Assembly: GCA_951406725.2 (NCBI GenBank)
Contig: OX597817.1
Location: 103,168,001 to 103,232,000 of the forward strand
Direction of reading: 5' to 3'
From: Octopus vulgaris
Taxonomy: Eukaryota
DNA: 64,000 nucleotides
Both the position numbers and the translations under genes were made by a program. Each line of letters opens with the position of its first letter. Position 1 is the first letter of the stretch. Below the pieces are notes generated by a model. That model ran no database searches. It was given only the letters and a program-made list of their open reading frames with translations, and was not told the DNA's origin. Below, one piece after another: positions 26,694-38,710 of the stretch.

Positions 26694-27355
26694 TATATAT
26701 ATATGGAGAGAGAAACATCAAAGTAATATCGAAGGAGACATGGAAAAGAGCGCAACCGGTTAAGAGAGAATGAGTTAAGAGAAGCAGTAAATATGTGTGT
26801 GTGTGTGTGTGTGTGTGTGTCTGTGTGTGTGAGTTATGAAATGTGACATTGTATGCAATTCTGTCAATTACCACTCCTCACACTACAGCTCTCAATAAGA
26901 GAAAGAGATAGTAAGCATGAGGAATAGTAGGAGAGCCATTGAATAGTGAAAGAAGGGTAATTCGTTTTGTGGGATTTTACCAAACTGGAACCGGACCAGT
27001 TAATTTTCGTGAATTCCATATAGATGCTGACATTCTCCCGGTACCCACGGTTCATCACACCAAGTTTGGTCGAAATCGGTCCAGTGGTTGTGGAGTTAGG
27101 TTACAAAATTTTGATAGACACACACGTAAATAGCACACTTATAGTGTAGATGGTTTATATATATATATATATATTTGAGTAGTTGAATGAATTATCTTAT
27201 GGATAATTCAGTTAACCGATACCTGGGTAGCAAATTCACATCAGAGAAGACACGTTTGAAGTTACGTGCTTTCGTGTGGAAATTTGTATGTTTTTTTTAA
27301 AAATATAAATATATGAAAGAATGGAGTTGAACGACGAATTAACAGAATTCCTTTA

Positions 27356-27438
27356 TTTTCGACATATGTTTCGAAGGCTGCATATTCCTAATTGCGAAGG
27401 AATAAGGAGTATATTATGCCGCTTTCTCATCAGGTAAA
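27356..27438 (-). ncRNA. Type I hammerhead ribozyme
   Basis: Minus strand CUGAUGA, long helix II, GAAA-CAUAUG-UC, then GAAAA. Confidence 0.75.
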
Positions 27439-27755
27439 GCAAGGAACTTATGTCAACATCAAGATGCACAAAAAACTTTTAGATGACTGCTCACACGGAG
27501 CCCATAGTGATAATGAATGTCTCTTTAAAAATTCCTTTATAAGGAGTGACGTCAAAATGGTTGGATGTAACCTTCCTATTCTTATGCCTCTCTTCTCCTA
27601 CTTCGTTTGAACCCTTGAACCTTTAGAACCTTCTAGATTCTTCTACATCCAACCATTTTGACGTCACTCCTTATAAAGGAATTTTTAAAGAGACATTCAT
27701 TATCACTATGGACTCCGTGTGAGCAGTCATCTAAAAGTGTTTTGTGCATCCTTGC

Positions 27756-27838
27756 TTTTCCTGATGAGAAAGCGGCATAATATACTCCTTATTCCTTCGC
27801 AATTAGGAATATGCAGCCTTCGAAACATATGTCGAAAA
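27756..27838 (+). ncRNA. Type I hammerhead ribozyme
   Basis: UUUUC-CUGAUGA-[GAAAGCGGCAUA...UAUGCAGCCUUC]-GAAA-CAUAUG-UC-GAAAA. Helix I is UUUUC/GAAAA, helix III is palindromic, and the GUC site cleaves after 27833. Confidence 0.82.
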
Positions 27839-28018
27839 TAAAGGAATTCTGTTAATTCGTCGTTCAACTCCATTCTTTCATATATTTATATTTAAAAAAA
27901 AACATACAAATTTCCACACGAAAGCACGTAACTTCAAACGTGTCTTCTCTGATGTGAATTTGCTACCCAGGTATCGGTTAACCGAATTATCCATAACAAG
28001 ATAATTCATTCAACTACT

Positions 28019-28069
<51 letters not shown>

Positions 28070-28101
28070 TTTATTTTAAGCAGCAGAAAATTCAACAAAA
28101 T

Positions 28102-28139
28102 CTGTTACTCTGAGTTTCTCGTTGCCGTTCATCAGACAG
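28102..28139 (-). ncRNA. Minimal type I hammerhead ribozyme
   Basis: Mirror image of 32061-32098. Confidence 0.65.
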
Positions 28140-29135
28140 TTTTTGCTAGAATGGAACATATATATTAATTCAATCTATACTCTTACAAACGCTACACCTT
28201 TAAAAAGAAATGGACTTGTTTGATTGGCCCTTTAGAAAAAACGGTCAATCTTCGAGCGATAAACAAAAAGGTCAAAAATATATGTATATATATATAAAAA
28301 CTTATAAAAATTATAAAATCCGTGGAAAATACCGAGGAAAAAACCTGTTGCTGTTAATGAAGACAGTACAAATTAATGCATAGAAATTAAACCTGTTATA
28401 AATACTGCAATACATATTTATATTAAAATCCACATATATATATCAACATACACAAAAGGATGCGCGTAAACGCCATACATACATATACAGACGTATGAAT
28501 ATGAATCTAAATTATACACATAAAAGCATGTGTACATATATTCACGCAAACCGTCTCGCACGCAAGCTAAAATTCATCTATGTAGCAATTCTCATATACT
28601 GAGCAAGGAGGGGGAACGAAAGAAAGAAAGGGAGGAAAGGGGTGGGGAAAAAACTTGTAGCGATGTTATTTGGCATCTATAGAGGCCAGTATACATACAC
28701 AAGTTTGAATTGATACATATACATACCGTCGTGTATATGTGTGCTTAAGCACAAGCATACTTTCACTTACACATACACAGATACGCATGCTTACAAATAC
28801 ATATGCTTTGCTATACACAAACTTATATAAACATTCTAAATTTGACAACATTGCTTTTTTTATAAAAAAACATTGCTTTTAAAAAATGGGTGCATTAATA
28901 AAAATATATACGAAAGACCTATAAAATAAAATATAACATCCTATTTTGGGTCATTTATAAATAATCAAGGTAATATAAATAATCAAGGTAATCTTATGCA
29001 ATACAATAACATGAAAACAAAGTTTGTAGGTTTTTCCTAATATATATGTAGAAACAATAAGACTTTGCTATAGGTCCGTTGTAGCGCTCAAGAGTCAAAA
29101 TCAAAATCAAAAAATCAAAATACAAAATATATACT

Positions 29136-30104
29136 CTATCCATATGGTATATTTATATTCGACATTTTAAATTTAGCCTTGTGCCTACATAAGTTCATTA
29201 ATTCACTTCTTTGATTCAAAGAATTATTGTCTTTGAATAATATGTGCATTTTTTCTAATAAGCAAAGCCTGCACTTGAAATTATATTTGTAAGCTCCATG
29301 CCTGTATGGTGCCGCCCTGTCCAGAATGCTCCATGTCACGTTGAAAGGTGGGGCTTCCTTTTCTTTTAGTTCCCAGACATATTTTGCTAGGCTGGTTTTC
29401 TTTCTATTCTCTGGGTATTTAAAAGAATTCTTATGAGAATAAAATCTTGTTTTAAATGAATTTTCTGAAGCCCCTGTGTATGTCTTGTATTCCGATGAGC
29501 CTTCCACTTGCACCTTGGCTCTATAAACTACTCCTTTCACTAGACATTTCCCTTCTAACGGACAGGAGCTTTCGTTTTGAAATTACATTTCTTAATGGGC
29601 TCGGCACCATGTCTAATCTCAATTAGCTTCCTATTATGTTGGCTAATGTAAGAGGCGAAATTTCTGCAACAAGAATAGCTAACCTTCAGGGTTCTTCTAT
29701 TAAATATTCTGTAGAATTTATGACCCTGCCTAAAATGCTTAGAGACTAATCTCAAAAATTCCTTACCTATATTAGTCTTTACGGCCAAATTGAAAGCCGG
29801 GTTGAACCACAAAACTTTCCTAGTCCTAGTTCTTCGTGCAGCATTATTATTAGCATTAAGCTGGTTGAACTGGATCTTCTCCGAGAATCCACTATTCTTT
29901 AATGCGCTATCGTAATAAGGTGCAGCATTATGGAATGCTGCCTCGTCCGAAGAAATTGAAGATATTCTTCTACCTACATTGCTGACTAAGTTGCTAAGGA
30001 TAACTGGTGGATGGTTCGAATCTTTGCTAATATACGATAGCTTTTCATTGGGCTTACGGAAAGGTTTAAATCTATCCGATCTTACATTAAAATTTACGTC
30101 TAAA
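29136..30104 (-). pseudogene. Penelope RT C-terminus plus GIY-YIG endonuclease, left arm (1-nt frameshift near 29575)
   Basis: ORFs 29555-29812 and 29136-29540 together reproduce the right-arm ORF. AAAA on this arm versus AAAAA on the other. Confidence 0.85.
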
Positions 30105-31065
30105 AAATTTTAATGTAAGATCGGATAGATTTAAACCTTTCCGTAAGCCCAATGAAAAGCTATCGTATATTAGCAAAGATTCGAACCATCCACCAGTTAT
30201 CCTTAGCAACTTAGTCAGCAATGTAGGTAGAAGAATATCTTCAATTTCTTCGGACGAGGCAGCATTCCATAATGCTGCACCTTATTACGATAGCGCATTA
30301 AAGAATAGTGGATTCTCGGAGAAGATCCAGTTCAACCAGCTTAATGCTAATAATAATGCTGCACGAAGAACTAGGACTAGGAAAGTTTTGTGGTTCAACC
30401 CGGCTTTCAATTTGGCCGTAAAGACTAATATAGGTAAGGAATTTTTGAGATTAGTCTCTAAGCATTTTAGGCAGGGTCATAAATTCTACAGAATATTTAA
30501 TAGAAGAACCCTGAAGGTTAGCTATTCTTGTTGCAGAAATTTCGCCTCTTACATTAGCCAACATAATAGGAAGCTAATTGAGATTAGACATGGTGCCGAG
30601 CCCATTAAGAAATGTAATTTCAAAAACGAAAGCTCCTGTCCGTTAGAAGGGAAATGTCTAGTGAAAGGAGTAGTTTATAGAGCCAAGGTGCAAGTGGAAG
30701 GCTCATCGGAATACAAGACATACACAGGGGCTTCAGAAAATTCATTTAAAACAAGATTTTATTCTCATAAGAATTCTTTTAAATACCCAGAGAATAGAAA
30801 GAAAACCAGCCTAGCAAAATATGTCTGGGAACTAAAAGAAAAGGAAGCCCCACCTTTCAACGTGACATGGAGCATTCTGGACAGGGCGGCACCATACAGG
30901 CATGGAGCTTACAAATATAATTTCAAGTGCAGGCTTTGCTTATTAGAAAAAATGCACATATTATTCAAAGACAATAATTCTTTGAATCAAAGAAGTGAAT
31001 TAATGAACTTATGTAGGCACAAGGCTAAATTTAAAATGTCGAATATAAATATACCATATGGATAG
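30105..31065 (+). pseudogene. Penelope RT C-terminus plus GIY-YIG endonuclease, right arm (open frame, 5'-truncated)
   Basis: WFNPAF, CPLEGKC, VVYRAKV...YTGASENSFKTRFYSH and CRLCLLEK...LNQRSEL..CRH motifs. Confidence 0.88.
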
Positions 31066-32060
31066 AGTATATATTTTGTATTTTGATTTTTTGATTTTGA
31101 TTTTGACTCTTGAGCGCTACAACGGACCTATAGCAAAGTCTTATTGTTTCTACATATATATTAGGAAAAACCTACAAACTTTGTTTTCATGTTATTGTAT
31201 TGCATAAGATTACCTTGATTATTTATATTACCTTGATTATTTATAAATGACCCAAAATAGGATGTTATATTTTATTTTATAGGTCTTTCGTATATATTTT
31301 TATTAATGCACCCATTTTTTAAAAGCAATGTTTTTTTATAAAAAAAGCAATGTTGTCAAATTTAGAATGTTTATATAAGTTTGTGTATAGCAAAGCATAT
31401 GTATTTGTAAGCATGCGTATCTGTGTATGTGTAAGTGAAAGTATGCTTGTGCTTAAGCACACATATACACGACGGTATGTATATGTATCAATTCAAACTT
31501 GTGTATGTATACTGGCCTCTATAGATGCCAAATAACATCGCTACAAGTTTTTTCCCCACCCCTTTCTCTTTCCCTTTCTTTCGTTCCCCCTCCTTGCTCA
31601 GTATATGAGAATTGCTACATAGATGAATTTTAGCTTGCGTGCGAGACGGTTTGCGTGAATATATGTACACATGCTTTTATGTGTATAATTTAGATTCATA
31701 TTCATACGTCTGTATATGTATGTATGGCGTTTACGCGCATCCTTTTGTGTATGTTGATATATATATGTGGATTTTAATATAAATATGTATTGCAGTATTT
31801 ATAACAGGTTTAATTTCTATGCATTAATTTGTACTGTCTTCATTAACAGCAACAGGTTTTTTCCTCGGTATTTTCCACGGATTTTATAATTTTTATAAGT
31901 TTTTATATATATATACATATATTTTTGACCTTTTTGTTTATCGCTCGAAGATTGACCGTTTTTTCTAAAGGGCCAATCAAACAAGTCCATTTCTTTTTAA
32001 AGGTGTAGCGTTTGTAAGAGTATAGATTGAATTAATATATATGTTCCATTCTAGCAAAAA

Positions 32061-32098
32061 CTGTCTGATGAACGGCAACGAGAAACTCAGAGTAACAG
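32061..32098 (+). ncRNA. Minimal type I hammerhead ribozyme in the Penelope pLTR
   Basis: CUGU-CUGAUGA-ACG GCAA CGA-GAAA-CUC A GAG-UA-ACAG, GUA site. The first pair of helix II is mismatched here but paired in the 56853 copy. Confidence 0.68.
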
Positions 32099-32200
32099 AT
32101 TTTGTTGAATTTTCTGCTGCTTAAAATAAAGCATATTACTCTACCACTGGTATTTGAGTACTCTTTTTTCCACCTTGTTTCACATTTATGTGTTTACTCC

Positions 32201-32288
<88 letters not shown>

Positions 32289-32293
32289 TTTAA

Positions 32294-33092
32294 GTAGACA
32301 AATGAATTATCTTATTACGGATAATTCGAAAGATAACCGATACCTGGGTAGCAAACTCACAGCATAAAAAGTACGGTTGAAGTTACGACCATAGGGCATA
32401 AACTCCGTGCCTTAGTGCGGAAATTTGAAGTTTAATTTAATATATTAAGTATAGGAAAGAATGGAGCAGAACGAAGATTTAACAAAATTCCTTTATTTTA
32501 TTTTCGACATATGTTTCGAAGTCTGCAAAATCCCTAATTCCGAATGAATAAGGAGTCCATTATGCAGCTTTCTCTTCAGGAAAATCCAGGAACTTAATTC
32601 TCCAACAAAATGCACAACAAGTTTTTCGATGACTGCTCACAAGGAGCCCATAGAGATAATGATAAATAATGTCTATTATTATCGGTGTCCTTACCGTTTG
32701 ATAAGGGCAGAACAATCTGTGCCCTCTGTAATTCAGAACTCTTTCATATTCTGTTTGCCCGAGGCCAACTAATAAACTCGATTGTCGAGAGATCTTTCAG
32801 ATGCCTACACTGGAAAAAGCATACCTTTCATTCATACCAATGAAGTCTAATATAGATAACCCCTGGAGTTCCTACAAAATTAAAATGTGATATCTCATCC
32901 CTTTAGTTTATAAGACTTTCTCATAATTGCTAAGAACTACTACCAATTCCAGCAGTAACCTTGTCTCTTGTCATTACTATTGTGGCCTCCATCTGCCCTC
33001 TCCCTCTTAAGTTGACACATTCGAACACACAGGCACAGTCTTTTCACCTCCTGACCGTTAATTCTTTCTCTCTGCCTTCCACACACACATTC

Positions 33093-33172
<80 letters not shown>

Positions 33173-33517
33173 TAAGGCAATTTTACACACTCATACATAC
33201 GAGCACTCATTCATAAAATAAATCAAATATAAACACCAGTCATACAGAATACATTCCCTCACTTTAATTTTCCTTTACCTTCCTTCTCCAACCTTGATTG
33301 AACCCTTGAACTATTTTAACTGACATTTTCTCCTACTTTCAACCAATCCGGCGTCACCCCCTATAAATAGACATTATTTATCATTATCTCTATGGGCTCC
33401 TTGTGAGCAGTCAACGAAAAACTTGTTGTGCATTTTGTTGGAGAATTAAGCTCCTGGATTTTCCTGAAGAGAAAGCTGCATAATGGACTCCTTATTCATT
33501 CGGAATTAGGGATTTTG
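32294..33517. mobile_element. Penelope-like 3' fragment with inverted pLTR
   Basis: 32525-32672 is inverted relative to 33370-33517. The interior encodes CALCNSELFHILFARGQLINSIVERSFRCLHWKKH (PLE GIY-YIG C-terminus). The left part is homologous to 27178-27520. Confidence 0.8.
32501..32584 (-). ncRNA. Type I hammerhead ribozyme
   Basis: Minus strand UUUUC-CUGAAGA-[GAAAGCUGCA...UGCAGACUUC]-GAAA-CAUAUG-UC-GAAAA. Confidence 0.8.
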
Positions 33518-33750
33518 AATGTGTTATTTCCCCTTGGCCGTTAAAGGAAAATACATAGGTTATATCTGGACCCCTTCTAGGGGCTCTAGACGTCCAATTA
33601 TAGATTTTTATTAAGCTGCAATGAGCCTAGTAACAAACTGGATGTAGGTTTAACATGTATGCAAAGTTTCATGAAGATTCGTTAACGGGTGTAGACAGCA
33701 ACTTGACACAAACAAACAACCAACCAAATAAATTGCTGTTTATACATACA

Positions 33751-33808
<58 letters not shown>

Positions 33809-33834
33809 ATTTTTTATAATTTTGTAATATATAC

Positions 33835-36497
33835 TGTGGTTTGAAGGCACGTAAATAAAGTTGTTCTTACCTCAACTTAGAATCGGGTACCGTTGTCAGA
33901 TTGGTCAATTCTTCACCCGTGTTGTCACGATCTTTCTATCTCCACGACTGGCGTCTGTCACTGCTAGCATCCCAAGGATAAACAAAATGCAGGGGTAAAC
34001 TTTTTTCTCACTCGCCGACGTGACGTCATCTCTCATCGCTTTCAGTCTTCTTTCCACCACGCCCCTTGATCTAAAGATCACTGGTCTCCTGTTCTGTCAC
34101 GTAATCGTCCATCGACCTGGGGCGGGGACCTTCACCCCCCCCCTTCGTCATCGGAAGAGCTAATCACCCTTCGAATATTCAGGACGTGACGTAACATTCC
34201 ATCCACAGATCAGAGTACTGATCCTGGCCACTTTTCCTTTTTCCCACTGAGTGCACTGAGTATTCGAGGGCTTCACCTACACTTTGTGTCCAAATTGCAC
34301 AGATGTATTCCCTTCTACCTCTTGCTGCTGCGGCACCACACTTTGAGAACAGCTCTCGCCTTTTCATATTCCGATTTAAGTCTGGGAGGATCTCATTTCC
34401 TCTGTGAAACACGTCTACCAACTTTGTCTCTTTCGAGCCTGAGCCTCAGAGCTGCACCTCTTACACCCTCTGGCGGTTTTGTTGTCAGCCTGAACCTCCT
34501 AAGATGATCTACAATTTCCTCTACCGATACCACATTCTCATCTACTAAGATATCATCGATATATGAGCTGGTAGCCTGCTACACTTAGGCCTCTTTGCTC
34601 AAAACCGTCTTGAGGACCTTTGTCATGATCTTTAGTGCCGAACTTAACCTGAAACCCAGTCGAGTCAGGCAGTCCGTTCTTCCCCTGCACCTCACCAGTT
34701 GTTACTCACATAGCTTCTCTGATACATGGAGCTGTAGATAGGCTGATTTAAGGTCGACGATCGTAGTTGCTCCCCTCATTCGCTTCTACTCTTGAAGGGT
34801 TTCTCTACACCCCCCCCGCGGCCTCGCCACCCATATGACAGGACACATATTCGTTTAGTTCCCTGAAGTCTAGCACCGGTTGAACTTTATCTTTTGTTGT
34901 TTGAACCACAGCCATCAACGGCAGCAGACCGCCCGTCGTTTCTTCACTCTATGGCATCAGAATGCACTCCTCTATCCACCTGTTCACCTCTGTTTCGAAT
35001 TCAAACTTGACTTTTCCTTTTAGGGTATGCTCGTAGAAGCTCATCCTGTTTCTCAGTACGAGAGGTTCTCCTTTCAAGAAGTATTACACTGACTATCTTT
35101 TGCCGTCGAACTCAGCATAGAAGTCCTCGTCCTCAAAGGAAAACCCTCTCTAGGCCAGTAATTCATCACTCTTATAATTTTCTTCCTCAGCTTCACACTC
35201 ACGGCAGGCAGCACACCGGTCACCAAACTCTACCGTTGCCCTGCCAACTCTCACACTTCCTAATCATGTGATCACGTTCATTCTGACCACTACGTCGACG
35301 CCGTCCACCACCTCATCAACTACAATCGCCTGCAACCTCAACACAGACCCCCGTATCTCCATTTCCACGTCGCTGCCACCCCTACATTTGACCTCCCTAC
35401 CATCTATCGCCCATTTTTGCGGTCACCAGGATTGTTGTGCAACCCGTATCCACGAGGACTCTTGCTTCCCTTGCTCTCACCTTAAGCCTCATTACGGGCA
35501 ACGTTCGGTGGTGCGCCTTCAATTGATCGTGGAGGAATCTAGCGGTGCAGTAACTCCCTTTGTTCGTTTCCCTGCTTGCACTTATTCGCTACGTACCCAG
35601 GGTGACCGCATCGGGAACACACCACCATTAGCTTCGGTTCTGTACATTCCCTGACCATATGCAAACCTCGACATCTGAAGCATGGTTCTTTGGTCATTCG
35701 TATCGCCAGACTCTTGCTGTCGTTGTTTGATGCCTGCTTCTTCATCCCGCTCGTATCCGCCGTCACTGTTGCCGCTACGTCTTGAGTGTCGCTTTTCGAC
35801 AACACACGTGATTTAGCGATCATCTCTCCTACCGACATCATTTTGACGTCCGGCCCACAAATCTCTTAATCTCGCTCACGTAATTATCTATCTGATCGCC
35901 GGTCCATCTCACTCTCCCGAGCTTGCTGTGGGCTTTAGAAGCCCCCTCTGTGTGCGCGTCCTTCAGCCGCTCTTCAATTTTTTCCTTGGTCCGTCTCATC
36001 CATCTCCGGTTAGAGATTCAGTGCACTGCCTTCTATATACAACAGCATAAAGCTTGTCACATATTTTATTCCCTGCAAATTCGTCACGAGTTTCACCTTC
36101 TTTATCCAGGCCATCACATCGCCTTCCCCGGTGAATGGTTTCAACACATCATTACCGATACTGATTTTCGTAGCCATTACAAAAATCTCCGAAGAACAAG
36201 AGCAACAGAAAATATAAAACATCTACTTCTAGGACGTATCCTCACAGCTGGTAACAACCTGCCGAAATAGTTTATGGTTTGAAGGCACGTAAATAAAATT
36301 GTTCTTACCTCGACTTGGAATCTGGTACCGCCGGCAGATTAAATTCTTCACCCGTGTTGTCACGACCTCCCTGTCTCCATGACTGGCGTCTGTTACCGCT
36401 AGCATCCCAAGGAAAGACAAAACGCAGGGAAAATCCTTTGTTCTTACTCGCCAACTTGACGTCATCTCTCGTCGTTTTCGGTCTTCCTTCAACCACA
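33835..36497 (-). mobile_element. Gypsy-like LTR retrotransposon, internally deleted (2.66 kb)
   Basis: LTRs at 33835-34061 and 36273-36497 (TGTGGTTTGAAG...CTTCAACCACA). TATAC TSD on both sides. Decayed gag (KPFTGEGDVMAW, two CCHC knuckles) and RT (VLDFRELN, DLKSAYLQ, YIDDIL). Confidence 0.9.
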
Positions 36498-36548
36498 TAT
36501 ACATTATCAGTCAGTCGCACACACACACACACACAGACACACGCACAC

Positions 36549-36630
<82 letters not shown>

Positions 36631-37294
36631 GTTTATATCATTCAACTACGGTAGTTGAATAATATTCTTAAGGCCGAAATTTACTCACATGCAGCATGTT
36701 TCAGAGCTTGTCGCTAATTCAGTTCTTAACCAAATTGAAAACTGTTAACATTTTTGAAGAGGACTGGTCTCTAGCTACACTTTGGCATAAAAAATTGAGG
36801 TTTGATCCAGTAGAAAAAAGTTTGCGTCAAAATTTGCAGCAACGTTATAGGAGAGTAAGTAACTCCACCAATCAGATCTAAGTAACTTCTTTATTTTAAA
36901 AGCAAAATATATTTATCTTAGCTTCAATGATAGAAGAAAGCATGAACAATTTCACAGTTTTGGTCCCATGCAACAAAAATTTGCATACAAAAAATTGTGA
37001 GATAAAAACAAACTATATTTTAATTAAGCTTAAATGATAGAGCTCAATTCAAGGAATTTCTTTGTATTAATCTCATGCAATGGGGTTTTAAAAGAAAAAA
37101 GTTATGAGTGTTTGTTTCTCAAATTTGAGGGTGATAATATAGTGGTATACTTTTTTATGAATATAGTTCTAGAAGGGGACTTTTAATATATGTCACCGGT
37201 GTCATTGAGGCAAGGAAAAAATCATCAATGACAGCGCTAATTGACACATTGTTAATTAGCATAATAGCATAGACCGGTAAAAACATGGATTACA

Positions 37295-38472
37295 TGGAAA
37301 AATGCGAGCAACAGAAATAATTTTCTTAAAGTTATAAACCTGGAAAACTACAGGACAAGTTATTACACTTGGAAAAATTTGGCACAAGTTATTACATCAG
37401 GTAAAGTGCAAAACCAAAAAAAAAATTTTACTTAAAATATTGCAGCTAAAGATAAAATTTGAATATTAAAAATTATTTGATTTTAATTTAGAAAGTAACA
37501 TTATAATTAAAAAAGGTACCATCATTTTGTTAAAATATTTACACACTAGAATACTTAAAAAATGAGAGCCAGAAGTACCAATATAGCTAGAGTTTTATGC
37601 TAAGTAGAATAGTATATATGGTAGGCAAATTCATTACGTAAAAAATAGGCATTGGGTCAAGACTAAAAATGTGAACACTTGGCAATAACTTCAACAATAA
37701 CTCAAGCAAATTTTACTGTGAGTTTGTTGCTATAGGTAGATTTTACTGTAATATATAACTAATTTTTGTTTTATTCTATTTATTGTACTAACTAATTATG
37801 TACTATTATTATTTTTTTATAATCTATTTTCAAAGTTCTAATTATTAATTAATAATTAAAGAAATGAATTTTTTAAGTGCAAAAATATTTTGAGTTATTT
37901 TTGTTCATTTTTAATAAAAGTAACAAGTAATAACAAATAGAAGTAATAACTTGAAATAAAATTTTTAGTTTTAATGAAAGCTAATATTTTCTAAGTCTAA
38001 ATATTATTAAAAAATTACTATTTGTAAATCTCACAACGATATATATTCAGTAACAGTATTTTGGAGTAAAGATTGTTTGCTAACATAACATAGCAGTCCT
38101 GGCTTAGGACAAATGTTGCTGTAATTTAGCCTCAGGATACATCGTCTCCAGCTGGCTATAGGACACGATCTTTGTTCGAAAATATAAGGAGACAGATCGT
38201 GTCTTATAGCCAGCTGGAGACGACGTCTCCTGGTGCTAAATTATAGAAATATTCGTCCTAAACCAGGAATGCCATGTTATGTTGGCAAACAATCTTTACT
38301 CTAAATATTATATCTGAAATTTTATCCTTAGCTGCAATATTTTAAGTAAAATTTTCTTATTCTCCACTTTACCAAATGTAGTAAGTTGTCCTAACTTTTC
38401 CAAGTGTAATAACTTGTGTAATTTTCCAGGTTTATAATCTTAAGAATAATATTTCCCTTGCTCGCATTTTTT

Positions 38473-38475
<3 letters not shown>
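37295..38475. mobile_element. Foldback-like element with ~170-bp inverted arms
   Basis: AAAATGCGAGCAA...TGCAGCTAAAGATAAAATTT (~37298-37460) is inverted at ~38317-38472. Confidence 0.6.
38058..38308. mobile_element. Hairpin MITE
   Basis: GAGTAAAGATTGTTTGC...CCAGCTGGCTATAGGACACGATCT is mirrored by AGATCGTGTCTTATAGCCAGCTGG...GCAAACAATCTTTACTC. Confidence 0.75.
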
Positions 38476-38477
<2 letters not shown>

Positions 38478-38553
<76 letters not shown>

Positions 38554-38614
38554 TGTATGTATGTATGTATGTATGTATGTATGTATGTATGTATGTATGT
38601 ATGTATGTATGTTG

Positions 38615-38708
<94 letters not shown>
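38478..38708. repeat. Compound microsatellite (TA)n(TATG)n(TG)n
   Basis: Directly visible. Similar tracts occur throughout the window, e.g. 33100, 36520, 45960, 57925 and 59870-60220. Confidence 0.97.

Positions 38709-38709
<1 letters not shown>

Positions 38710-38710
<1 letters not shown>

Larger units (their letters stand above)
23020..27150 (-). mobile_element. Helitron, internally deleted, with nested insertions
   Basis: Minus strand begins A|TC at 27150 and ends with a GC-rich hairpin (GAATCAACCACCC/GGGCGGTGATTC) followed by CTAG|T at 23023-23020. Contains RepHel-derived ORFs. Confidence 0.75.
27171..28025. repeat. ~850-bp imperfect palindrome made of inverted Penelope pLTRs
   Basis: 27171-27569 is the reverse complement of 27644-28025, with a few substitutions and one ~20-nt indel. 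74-nt spacer. (TA)n on both sides. Confidence 0.92.
28069..32203. mobile_element. Head-to-head inverted Penelope-like element (Poseidon-type) forming a 4.06-kb palindrome
   Basis: 28069-30095 is the reverse complement of 30105-32131 around a 9-nt loop. Each arm encodes the RT C-terminus (FLDV, RKP, SNHPP) and the GIY-YIG domain. Confidence 0.93.
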
